Shown here piece by piece: positions 17,748 through 25,693 of a stretch of 32,000 nucleotides of DNA (its first letter is position 1; each line of letters begins with the position of its first letter). The notes under the pieces are model-generated. The model was not told the DNA's origin, made no database searches, and was given only the letters and a program-made list of their open reading frames with translations. The translations under genes were made by a program, and so were the position numbers. The stretch lies in assembly GCF_000146505.1 (NCBI RefSeq), contig NC_017448.1:3030001-3062000 (forward strand), written 5' to 3'. The stretch comes from Fibrobacter succinogenes subsp. succinogenes S85. Its GTDB lineage: Bacteria; Fibrobacterota; Fibrobacteria; Fibrobacterales; Fibrobacteraceae.

Positions 17748-17783
17748 GTGAAAAAAGGCAGTCCGCACTTGCGAGCTGCCTTT
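17748..17783 (-). terminator. Rho-independent terminator of the GNAT gene
   Basis: Minus strand has AAAGGCAG-14 nt loop-CTGCCTTT followed by TTTTT, starting 5 nt after the GNAT stop. It abuts the right 31-nt element and marks the island edge. Confidence 0.6.
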
Positions 17784-17787
17784 GCTA

Positions 17788-18411
17788 TTACAATTGTCCG
17801 GGGAGTACTAGCTTTTCCTTAGGCGGGAAGTTGGCTTCGTACTTCTCGAATTCTTCGGGCATTCGCTCGGTTACGAAGTAGCCCTCGGGGTCTTTGTATG
17901 AGCCCATCACTCCGTCCAAGAATCCCTCGTCGAGTTCCTTGCACAAGAAGTATGGCGCGTCGCTGTTCGGGTCGTCGGCGTAGCGGATGCCCTTGACGTA
18001 AGCGGGGACAAATCCGCTCTTGCCGTAGAATCCGATGTTCCCGACGATGAGCAGGCAACCTGCGCTCATCTTGCGCGCGAGTTCCATGGAATAGTCGAGG
18101 AGCGCCTTGCCGTATCCCTGTCGCTTGTAGTTCGGATGGATGCTGATGGGCCCGAAGGTCATCATGCGGATTTTGCGTCCGTCGTCGGCATCGATTTTCG
18201 ACCACGCGTACATCACGTGTCCGATAATTTGTCCGTCAACTTCCATAACGAGCGAGAGTTCTGGGATAAAGCTTGGGTCGTTCCTGTAATGGTGGAGGAC
18301 AAAATGCTCCACGCAGCCGGGACGGTAAACGTTCCAGAATGCTTCTCGGGTGAGATTTTCGACGATTTTAAAGTCGCGCGGTTGTTCCGTGCGGATATTG
18401 TATTTTTTCAT
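17788..18411 (-). CDS. GNAT-family N-acetyltransferase
   Basis: 207 aa. GPISIHPNYKRQGYGKALLDYSMELARK is the acetyl-CoA binding Q/RxxGxG/A motif. Composition returns to core-like GC. Confidence 0.8.
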   Translation of the reverse strand: MKKYNIRTEQPRDFKIVENLTREAFWNVYRPGCVEHFVLHHYRNDPSFIPELSLVMEVDGQIIGHVMYAWSKIDADDGRKIRMMTFGPISIHPNYKRQGYGKALLDYSMELARKMSAGCLLIVGNIGFYGKSGFVPAYVKGIRYADDPNSDAPYFLCKELDEGFLDGVMGSYKDPEGYFVTERMPEEFEKYEANFPPKEKLVLPGQL

Positions 18412-18705
18412 TGTTTATCTCCAAAATTTTTGTGTGAATAGGCACAATCACCTTGGAAGACCGCCTTGAAAACATTCGTCTTCCAAGGCACTAAACAATG
18501 AACCAATATTTACTAGATAACATCCAGCCTCTGATAAAAGTGATGCCTTAAATATACATAGTTTTGCGGAGTTTGGGGCGAAAATGCGCTTTTTCCTGAC
18601 GAATCGCAAATTTTAAGTGTTGTTGAGCTGTGTTTATGAAACTTTTACGAGGAAATTTTTCGGAAAAATCTAAATTTCAATGTTAGTATATGAGGATTTT
18701 TGAAT

Positions 18706-19773
18706 ATGAAAAATATTTCCGCTAAGTATCTTGTGAGCGCCCTTTTTGTCGGGCTTTGCATGTTTGCCGGTTGTGGCGACGATTCGTCGAACTCTTTCCC
18801 GGCTGCTCCGAATACGGGGGCCGTTTCTTCGTCTAGTGTAGATCAGCCGCAAAGCCAAGCTGGCGATACCCAGTCCTCTTCTAGTGAAAATATTTCGAAT
18901 CCCGCTTCGAGTTCCTCTGCTACAGACTCTGGCGTTCCGGCAAGTTCGTCCGATGTGGGTTTGTCATCGAGTTCAGCGGGTGCTACGGTGAATGGTCCCT
19001 TTACTTTTGCGACGACTCCAGGTACTCTCGCCTTGGCTCCGGATGAAGATGGCTTCTACGACATGGGCGATGTCTATAAGGCTGTGCCGAAGACGAGCAA
19101 GATTGCTTTTGTGATTCGCCATTCCAAGCGTCAAAAGAATAATTTGGGAACAGAATCGACGCTGACTCCCATTGGTATTACAATGGCTAAGACCCTCGGT
19201 GAAAAGCTGGTGGGCGATGAATCGTTCTATTATGCTTCGACAAACTTCTTGCGTACCCGCGCAACTTGCGAAAACATTGCCGCAGGCCGTGGCGAAACCG
19301 CCGAGGTCGTGACGTGGGATGGCGTTAATGGCGGTTATTTCTTGACCGTGCCTAGCGATTCGCTGGATGCGCTTGTCTCTAAGAAGGGCGGAAATCCGAA
19401 GTTCATTGCGCAATATTCTTATGGCGTTCCATTCTCTTATGCCGCTACGATTGGCGCAACTCTTTCAACTTATTTCTACGATTTGTATCCTCGCGGCAAT
19501 CAGTTCGTGAACGAAGTTATTGTAGCGAACATGCCGAATTGGAAGCGCGTGAGTGTGCTTGTGAGCCATGACATGTTGGTTGAACCGCTGATTGTGTTTG
19601 TCTCGAATCGGACCATCAATTTGAAAGCTTATGAATCTCCGTTCCACTGGGTCAACTATTTGTCGGGCATTGCCGTGATTGTTGATGAAGCTGGCGCAGT
19701 GACGGCACTCCCGGTTCGCGGTGATGCGGTTGGCTGGATGATTCCGAGCCAAGAAGTGGACGAAGGTGTTTAA
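18706..19773 (+). CDS. histidine-phosphatase-superfamily lipoprotein
   Basis: ATG 18706 follows RBS TGAGGA; the track start at 18700 is a TTG. Signal peptide plus lipobox (LCMFAGCGDD), then a Ser-rich linker. IAFVIRHSKRQ (RH catalytic motif) and VLVSHDMLV (second His) are present. Confidence 0.6.
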   Translation: MKNISAKYLVSALFVGLCMFAGCGDDSSNSFPAAPNTGAVSSSSVDQPQSQAGDTQSSSSENISNPASSSSATDSGVPASSSDVGLSSSSAGATVNGPFTFATTPGTLALAPDEDGFYDMGDVYKAVPKTSKIAFVIRHSKRQKNNLGTESTLTPIGITMAKTLGEKLVGDESFYYASTNFLRTRATCENIAAGRGETAEVVTWDGVNGGYFLTVPSDSLDALVSKKGGNPKFIAQYSYGVPFSYAATIGATLSTYFYDLYPRGNQFVNEVIVANMPNWKRVSVLVSHDMLVEPLIVFVSNRTINLKAYESPFHWVNYLSGIAVIVDEAGAVTALPVRGDAVGWMIPSQEVDEGV

Positions 19774-20519
19774 TGAAAGTCGCTCTTCTTGGTTCAACAG
19801 GACTTATCGGGAAGAGCGTCGCTCAGTTGCTTTCCCGTTTAGATGACGTGGAATCTGTTTTTTGCCCGGTGCGTTCGGTCCCAGACTTGAATGCGCTGGG
19901 CATTTTTAATGGCGTATTGAAGTTCAATTTTGAGGCGGTGGATTTTAACGCTCTTTTGAGCGCAAGGCCCGAAGAGCAAAGGGTGTCTAGCGTTTGCGAG
20001 AACTTTACCTGCTGCGATGCGGTGATTTGTTGCCTAGGGACGACGCTCAAGCAGGCGGGGGGTAAGGCTGCTCAAGAAAAGGTCGATTTGCGTTTGCCGC
20101 TCACGCTTGCTGCCCTTGCGAAGCGTCAGGGCGTCAAGCATTTTTTGTGCGTGAGTGCCATGGGTGCAAATTCTCATTCGCCGTTCTTCTATAACCGCCT
20201 GAAGGGGCAACTCGAAGAGGGCCTCACGATGATGGGTTTTGAATCGCTCACGCTCGTGCGTCCGTCGCTCCTCCTCGGGAAGCACAAGGACAAGCGCTTT
20301 GGCGAAGAGCTGATGCAAAAGCTTTTCGGGTCGCACCCGGAATGGATTCCTGCGCATTTCCGCCCGGTGCCTGCAGAGACGGTAGCCGCGCATCTCGTGG
20401 CGAACATGCTCAAGCCTCCCGTAGACCACGTTTGCGCAACCGACGGTGTAAAAGGCAAGCGCATCGTCTATAACCGACAATTTTTTAAATTTGGCAAAAA
20501 CATTTCGGAGGTCTTATGA
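19773..20519 (+). CDS. NAD(P)H-binding atypical SDR (YraR/HTATIP2-like)
   Basis: MKVALLGSTGLIGKS (GxxGxxG), CCLGTTLKQAGG and RPSLLLGKHKDKRFGE match this family. TAATG overlap with the upstream gene. Confidence 0.6.
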   Translation: MKVALLGSTGLIGKSVAQLLSRLDDVESVFCPVRSVPDLNALGIFNGVLKFNFEAVDFNALLSARPEEQRVSSVCENFTCCDAVICCLGTTLKQAGGKAAQEKVDLRLPLTLAALAKRQGVKHFLCVSAMGANSHSPFFYNRLKGQLEEGLTMMGFESLTLVRPSLLLGKHKDKRFGEELMQKLFGSHPEWIPAHFRPVPAETVAAHLVANMLKPPVDHVCATDGVKGKRIVYNRQFFKFGKNISEVL

Positions 20520-22057
20520 CGATTGTCGTCTTTATCCTTTATTTGCTGATGATGCTTGGCATCGGAGCGTATTTCTCTCGCAAGGCGAACAGCCTGAACG
20601 CCTATTACCTCGGTAACCGTGGCATGAACAAGTGGGTGGTCGCCATGTCCGCCCAGGCGTCTGACATGAGCGGCTGGATGCTGATGGGCCTTCGGGGCGC
20701 CGTGTTCGTGAGCGGTTTTTCCGAAGCTTGGATCGGTATCGGCCTTGTGATCGGTACGTACTTCAACTGGAAAATTGTCGGTCGCAGGCTCCGCAAGTAC
20801 AGCCATTTCTGCGGCGACTCGATTACACTCCCGGACTTTTTCTCGAACCGTTTCCGCGACAATAAGGGCATCATCCGCGTGATTGCCTCGATTTTCATTC
20901 TCGCGTTCTTTTTGTTCTATACGGTGTCGGGCTTTGTCGCTAGTGCAAAACTTTTCGGTACGATTTTTGGTTTGGATTACACCACGGGCCTCATTCTCGG
21001 TGCCGTCGTGGTGGTGAGCTACACGTTCATGGGTGGCTTTTTTGCCGTTTGCTGGACTGACTTTATCCAGGCTTCGATGATGCTTATCGCCGTCCTCGTG
21101 ATTCCGCTGATGATCATGAGCGGTTCGGGCGGTTTTGCCTCGACGATGGATGCGGTGAACGCCCAGAATCCGTACTTGATGAGCCTTTTCACGAACGCAA
21201 CGACGGGCAAGTCCATTGGCCTTATCGCTTTGATTTCTAGCCTTTCGTGGGGGCTTGGTTACTTTGGCATGCCGCACATCCTTGTGCGCTTCATGTCCAT
21301 CAAGAACGCCGAAGAAATCAAGGATTCTCGCCGTATTGCTATGACTTGGGTGATTATCTGCCTTGCTGCAGTCGTGATGATTGCACTCCTCGGCCGCTAT
21401 TACGTGACTGCTCACGGCATTACCGTTGATGATCCGGAACGCATTTTCATGATTCTCTGCCAGGCACTTTGCCATCCGGCCATTGCCGCCATCCTCATGG
21501 CTGCTATTCTCGCTGCGATTATGAGTACTGCCGACTCCCAGCTTTTGGTGTCCGCATCCGCATTCAGTAACGACCTTTACAAGCACTTGTTCCGCAAGAA
21601 CGCAAGCAACAAGGAAGTGATGTGGGTGAGCCGTGGCGTGGTCGTGGTGATTACGCTTATCGCTGTGATTGTCGCGATGCAGGGCGCTCCGAGTGCCGAC
21701 GGCGTGAAGCACGGCAAGAGCTTCCTTGATGTGGTGATGAGCCTCGTGAGCTTTGCTTGGGGCGGTTTCGGTGCAACGTTTGGCCCGATTATGTTGCTTG
21801 CTCTCTTCTGGAAACGTACGACACTCCCGGCTGCTGTTGCGGGTATGCTCGTGGGTGGCCTTACGACGTTTATCTGGAAGTTCTACCTTTCCGGATTCTC
21901 CGCCGAAATCTTCCAGATTTATGAACTCGTGCCGGGCTTTATCCTCTCCTTCGTTACAATCGTCGTCGTGAGCCTTTTGACCAAGGAACCCTCTGCTGAA
22001 ATCCAACTGGAATTTGACCGCGTGGAAAGCACTCGCCTGAGCGATATGAAACTGTAA
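20516..22057 (+). CDS. putP: sodium:proline symporter (SSS family)
   Basis: 513 aa and polytopic. The N-terminus YFSRKANSLNAYYLGNRGMNKWVVAMSAQASDMSGWMLMGL is characteristic of PutP. ATGA overlap with the upstream gene. Confidence 0.85.
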   Translation: MTIVVFILYLLMMLGIGAYFSRKANSLNAYYLGNRGMNKWVVAMSAQASDMSGWMLMGLRGAVFVSGFSEAWIGIGLVIGTYFNWKIVGRRLRKYSHFCGDSITLPDFFSNRFRDNKGIIRVIASIFILAFFLFYTVSGFVASAKLFGTIFGLDYTTGLILGAVVVVSYTFMGGFFAVCWTDFIQASMMLIAVLVIPLMIMSGSGGFASTMDAVNAQNPYLMSLFTNATTGKSIGLIALISSLSWGLGYFGMPHILVRFMSIKNAEEIKDSRRIAMTWVIICLAAVVMIALLGRYYVTAHGITVDDPERIFMILCQALCHPAIAAILMAAILAAIMSTADSQLLVSASAFSNDLYKHLFRKNASNKEVMWVSRGVVVVITLIAVIVAMQGAPSADGVKHGKSFLDVVMSLVSFAWGGFGATFGPIMLLALFWKRTTLPAAVAGMLVGGLTTFIWKFYLSGFSAEIFQIYELVPGFILSFVTIVVVSLLTKEPSAEIQLEFDRVESTRLSDMKL

Positions 22058-22081
22058 TTAACAATCTAATTAGAATGTTTA

Positions 22082-22110
22082 GCCCGGTTCAAAAGGACCG
22101 GGTTTTTCTT
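22082..22110 (+). terminator. Rho-independent terminator after putP
   Basis: CCCGGT-TCAAAAGG-ACCGGG followed by TTTTTCTTT. Confidence 0.7.
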
Positions 22111-22206
22111 TATTTGAAAATTATTTAGAATCGCTTTTCTGCAATTTGTCTGTTTTGTATATTCCTTGATGAAAATGTTAATTCGTTAGAAAAAAGGAGA
22201 TTTTAT

Positions 22207-22953
22207 ATGTTGAAAAAGGCATTTCTTGCCGCGACACTTTGTGCAACCGCAAGCTTTGCAACTTGGGATAAGTTCCCCGTCCTTGAAGACCACAAGGGCG
22301 AAATCGTAGTCGGTACTGAATTTGTCAAACAGGGCGAGCCCATGAAGCTCGTGCCTTATATCGGCTCCCGTTATACGGTCATGCCGAATTTGGAATTGGG
22401 CGTGATCCTTCCGTATTATGTGAACTTGAACATTAACAACGAAAACGGTCTTGCGAATCCTGTGTTTATGGCTCGCTACCAGTTTATGCCGATGTTGAAC
22501 GCCTTCTTGGACGTTCAAGTCCCTATAAGCAACGACCCCTACAATAACAGTGAATGGTCTTTCTGTTTTGGTGCTCAGTATTCCCAGAATCTTGGTGTTG
22601 TAGATTTTGGTGCGGAATTGGGCCTTACTGTGAATACCAGAGGTGATGATAAGATTTCGCCTCCGTTGAGACTGAATTTGGGTGTTGAGACTGATTTTAA
22701 TCTGGGCATTCCGCTGACCCCGTTTATCGGTGCTGATATGTTTGTATGGATCGGCAAGTTTACTTATGAAGGGGAAAACGTTGGCAAGAGCCATACGGGT
22801 GATTTAGCTGTCCGCCCTTATGCCGGTTTGAAGTATGCAATCACCCCAAATGTTAGCGTTCAGGCTTCCGCGCTGACGCTGTTGGGCAAGGAAGAAGTGG
22901 TTGGCCCGGATACTCCGATCAAGGCTGACTTAAAGCTTAAAATGTCGTTCTAA
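22207..22953 (+). CDS. putative outer-membrane beta-barrel protein
   Basis: RBS AAGGAG and a signal peptide (MLKKAFLAATLCATASFA). Alternating hydrophobic beta-strand patterns run throughout, and the C-terminus ends in F (LKLKMSF). Confidence 0.45.
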   Translation: MLKKAFLAATLCATASFATWDKFPVLEDHKGEIVVGTEFVKQGEPMKLVPYIGSRYTVMPNLELGVILPYYVNLNINNENGLANPVFMARYQFMPMLNAFLDVQVPISNDPYNNSEWSFCFGAQYSQNLGVVDFGAELGLTVNTRGDDKISPPLRLNLGVETDFNLGIPLTPFIGADMFVWIGKFTYEGENVGKSHTGDLAVRPYAGLKYAITPNVSVQASALTLLGKEEVVGPDTPIKADLKLKMSF

Positions 22954-23072
22954 AAAAGGTGGGAGGGGGAAGCTTCCCCCTGATTGCAGCCCCTACGGGT
23001 CTTCCATCACCCCTTCTAACGGGCTTCAGACGCCAGCCCGTAACGCCTGGCTCCTAGTTATAAAACAAAAAA

Positions 23073-23092
23073 AAGACGCTTAGCAGCATCTT
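23073..23092 (-). terminator. hairpin plus U-tract after repeat unit C1
   Basis: Minus strand has AAGATGCT-GCTA-AGCGTCTT, with a U-G pair only on this strand, followed by a T-run. Confidence 0.4.
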
Positions 23093-23101
23093 TTTTGTTT
23101 T

Positions 23102-23262
23102 AGAGCGGGCGGCGGGATTGTCAAAGTCCAGTTCCCGCTGCGCGGCTGAACTTTGACCCTTCGGGCTTGCGCTCACTACGTTCGCGTCAAGCGCAAAATT
23201 CGTCTCTTCGCACTTCGTGCATGCGCCGAATTTTGCCGCACCCTCTTCTCGGGTCCTCGTCC
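23102..23262 (-). ncRNA. candidate structured RNA, unit C1 (161 nt)
   Basis: Minus strand starts GGACGAGGACCCGAGAAGAGGG. H1 is GCAAAATTCG...CGAATTTTGC enclosing ATGCAC-GAA-GTGCG. H2 is GCTTG(A)CGC...GCGCAAGC. A CCC-GAA-GGG minihairpin follows. H3 is GTCAAAGTTCAG...CTGGACTTTGAC. The tail AATCCCGCCGCCCGCTCT resembles a tRNA 3' end. Confidence 0.4.
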
Positions 23263-23283
23263 AAATTACGATATAAAAAAAGA

Positions 23284-23305
23284 AAACCACCCTTGTAGGT
23301 GGTTT
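23284..23305 (-). terminator. bidirectional hairpin terminator after unit B1
   Basis: AAACCACC-6 nt-GGTGGTTT, flanked by an A-run and a T-run. Confidence 0.5.
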
Positions 23306-23314
23306 TTCTTTTTT

Positions 23315-23475
23315 AGAGCGGGAAAAGGGAATGATTCGTCGTCAGTCACCCGTGCTAAGGCACGGGCTGACTCCTCACTCTTACGGGCTTATCGCTACGC
23401 GATAATTCCTAAACAACTCGTACGCACTTCGTGCATCTCGTTGTTTAGTCGGCCCCTCTTCTCGGGTCCTCGTCC
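23315..23475 (-). ncRNA. candidate structured RNA, unit B1 (161 nt)
   Basis: Same 22-nt 5' end as C1. H1 is CTAAACAAC...GTTGTTTAG enclosing ATGCAC-GAA-GTGCGT (U-G pair). H2 is TTATCGC-GTA-GCGATAA. H3 is GTCA(G)CCCGTGC-CTTA-GCACGGGTGAC. The last 16 nt (TCCCTTTTCCCGCTCT) are identical to the 3' end of the adjacent tRNA-Gly. Confidence 0.4.
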
Positions 23476-23495
23476 AGTTCAGTACATAAAACAAA

Positions 23496-23520
23496 AGAGC
23501 CTAGCTTGACGCTAGGCTCT
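23496..23520 (-). terminator. Rho-independent terminator after tRNA-Gly copy 1
   Basis: AGAGCCTAGC-GTCA-GCTAGGCTCT followed by TTTGTTTT on the minus strand. Confidence 0.6.
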
Positions 23521-23529
23521 TTGTTTTAG

Positions 23530-23602
<73 letters not shown>

Positions 23603-23614
23603 GAGGACAGCCCA

Positions 23615-23643
23615 TATATAGAAATAAAATTTGTAGTTATAAA
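23615..23643 (-). promoter_or_regulatory. promoter candidate for tRNA-Gly copy 1
   Basis: Minus strand has TTTATA-17 nt-TATATA, ending 12 nt upstream of the tRNA 5' end. The same arrangement recurs upstream of copy 2. Confidence 0.4.
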
Positions 23644-23782
23644 GGGGTGAGTGCCGAAAAAAGTGAAATTTTTTTGAGAGTTCCGAAAGAATTTGGTCGC
23701 ACCCTCTCCCCCGAGGGGTCTCGGGTCCTCGTTCAGCATCTGACTACAAAACAAAAAAGGCGCTTTGCAGCGACTTTTTTTT

Positions 23783-23935
23783 AGAGCGAGAATGTCAAAG
23801 TCCAGTCCCCGCTTCGCGGCTGGACTTTGCCCCTTCGGGCTTGCACTCACTGCGTTCGCGTCAAGCGCAAAATTTGTCTCTTCGCACTTCGTGCATCTCG
23901 TTGTTTAGTCGGCCCCTCTTCTCGGGTCCTCGTCC
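23783..23935 (-). ncRNA. repeat unit C2 (153 nt), B/C chimera, probably defective
   Basis: The 5' part is B-type (..GGGGCCGACTAAACAACGAG..) and the 3' part is C-type (..GACAAATTTTGCGCTTGACGCG..). The two strands of H1 therefore no longer pair. H3 (CAAAGTCCAG...CTGGACTTTG) is intact. Confidence 0.35.
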
Positions 23936-23955
23936 AGTTCAGTACATAAAACAAA

Positions 23956-23980
23956 AGAGCCTAGCTTGACGCTAGGCTCT
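23956..23980 (-). terminator. Rho-independent terminator after tRNA-Gly copy 2
   Basis: Identical hairpin and T-run to those at 23496-23520. Confidence 0.6.
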
Positions 23981-23989
23981 TTGTTTTAG

Positions 23990-24062
<73 letters not shown>

Positions 24063-24140
24063 GAGGGTAGCCCATATATAGAAATAAAATTTGTAGTTAT
24101 AAAGGGGTGAGTGCCGAAAAAGTGAAATTTTTTTTGTTTA

Positions 24141-24320
24141 AGAGCGGGTAACGTGGGTGAGAACGGGAAAAGGGAATGATTCGTCGTCAGTCACCCGTGC
24201 TAAGGCACGGGCTGACTCCTCACCCTTACGGGCTTATCGCTACGCGATAATTCCTAAACAACTCGTACGCACTTCGTGCATCTCGTTGTTTAGTCGGCCC
24301 CTCTTCTCGGGTCCTCGTCC
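24141..24320 (-). ncRNA. candidate structured RNA, unit B2 (180 nt)
   Basis: Same as B1 apart from two changes. One substitution turns CCCGTAAGAG into CCC-GTAA-GGG (a GNRA-closed minihairpin). A ~19-nt insertion sits in the 3' tail (CCCGTTCTCACCCACGTTACCCGCTCT). Confidence 0.4.
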
Positions 24321-24340
24321 AGTTCAGTACATAAAACAAA

Positions 24341-24364
24341 AGAGCCTAGCTTGACGCTAGGCTT
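24341..24364 (-). terminator. Rho-independent terminator after tRNA-Gly copy 3
   Basis: Same hairpin with a one-base change in one arm, followed by a T-run on the minus strand. Confidence 0.55.
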
Positions 24365-24374
24365 TTTGTTTTAG

Positions 24375-24447
<73 letters not shown>

Positions 24448-24458
24448 AGGGTGACCCA

Positions 24459-24487
24459 ATTATAGAAACAAATTTACCAATTGTAAA
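24459..24487 (-). promoter_or_regulatory. promoter candidate for tRNA-Gly copy 3
   Basis: Minus strand has TTTACA-17 nt-TATAAT, ending 11 nt upstream of the tRNA 5' end. Confidence 0.45.
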
Positions 24488-24545
24488 GGGGTGGGCTGAA
24501 AAAAGTTATATTTTTTTAAGGTAATCGTTTGTTTACTGTAGTTTT

Positions 24546-25682
24546 ATGTTCGGTATTTATATCCACGTTCCGTTTTGCGCGAAAATTTGCGATTATTGCG
24601 ACTTTCGCGTGATGCCTGCGAATGCCCGGCTGTTTGAAGAGTATGTGGGCCTGTTGGAGCGTGAAATCCGTGCATTCAATGATACGCATCGTGGAGCGCT
24701 TTCGCAAGCGCGAACGCTTTATCTCGGCGGTGGAACTCCCTCAATTTTGCCGGGCGCGTGCCTTGAGCGGATTTTTGCGGTGCTTACGGAATGTGGCGTT
24801 CGCGTGGAATCGCTTGACGAAGTCTCAATGGAGTTCAACCCGGAATCATGTACCGAGGAATCTGTGCAGATGGCGCTTTCGTGTGGTGTGCGTCGATTTA
24901 GCCTTGGACTCCAGACGTTTTCGCAAACGCTCTTGGACCGTATTGGACGCAGGCACACGGTGGAACGTGGCTTTGAAGCTTTGCGCTTGTTGACATCGCT
25001 TCCGCAGACGAAAGTCTCGGCTGATTTGATGTTTGATCTGCCGGGGCAGTCGGTAGATTCTTTTTTGAGCGATGTGGACCGCTTGTCGGATTTTCCGCTT
25101 GGGCATTTGAGCTTTTACGGATTGAATGTGGGTGAGCGAACGCTTTTGGGCGGTCGCGTATCGCGTGGCGAAGAAAAAATTGATGAGAGCTTGTACGAGC
25201 CGATGTATCTCGGTGGTGTAGAGATTCTTGAGAAAAAGGGCTTCTCGCGTTACGAGGTCTCAAATTTTGCGAAGCCTGGCGATGAAAGCTTGCACAACAT
25301 GAATTATTGGAATCGCGGCGAGTACATTGGCTTTGGACCGGGCGCGCACAGCTATTTTGATGGTCGCCGTTTCTGCGCTCCAGAGATGTATCCGCGTTGG
25401 CGCGATTACGTGAATGCGGGTTCGCCGGATGCGTCGCTGACATACGATGATCTGGACAAAGACGATGTCTTGACGGAGCGCGTATGGCTCTCGCTGCGCC
25501 AACGCTCTGGTCTCGACCTGAATGCGCTTGCTGCTGACGGAATTTCTGTTTCGCCGGAAGGCTATGAGCCGTGGGTCAAGAAAGATTTTGCGATGCTCGA
25601 TAGCGGAGTCTTGAAACTTGTCGGTCGCGGTTGGATTTTCATGGACAGCGTCGTGACCGACGTGCTAAACGCCTGCCGGTAA
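24546..25682 (+). CDS. hemW: radical SAM heme chaperone / oxygen-independent coproporphyrinogen-III oxidase-like protein
   Basis: YIHVPFCAKICDYCDF (CxxxCxxC radical SAM cluster), LYLGGGTPS and a HemN_C-like C-terminus (GLDLNAL..). The 378-aa size fits HemW rather than HemN. Confidence 0.8.
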   Translation: MFGIYIHVPFCAKICDYCDFRVMPANARLFEEYVGLLEREIRAFNDTHRGALSQARTLYLGGGTPSILPGACLERIFAVLTECGVRVESLDEVSMEFNPESCTEESVQMALSCGVRRFSLGLQTFSQTLLDRIGRRHTVERGFEALRLLTSLPQTKVSADLMFDLPGQSVDSFLSDVDRLSDFPLGHLSFYGLNVGERTLLGGRVSRGEEKIDESLYEPMYLGGVEILEKKGFSRYEVSNFAKPGDESLHNMNYWNRGEYIGFGPGAHSYFDGRRFCAPEMYPRWRDYVNAGSPDASLTYDDLDKDDVLTERVWLSLRQRSGLDLNALAADGISVSPEGYEPWVKKDFAMLDSGVLKLVGRGWIFMDSVVTDVLNACR

Positions 25683-25693
25683 GACTTCGCTTT

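Noticed and set aside
20468-22006. 512-aa ORF on the minus strand
   Set aside because: Antisense to putP. The H/R/K-rich translation has no recognisable fold. This is a shadow ORF.
22965-22980. Perfect 16-nt palindrome GGGGGAAGCTTCCCCC, 12 nt after the OMP stop
   Set aside because: It could be a terminator stem. It lacks an adjacent U-tract on the plus strand, and on the minus strand the T-run is 8 nt away. That is too weak to call as a feature.
23261-23271. CAAATTACGA in unit C1 matching the first 10 nt of the 31-nt island element
   Set aside because: Only about 10 nt match, with no continuation. This is compatible with chance in an AT-rich spacer.
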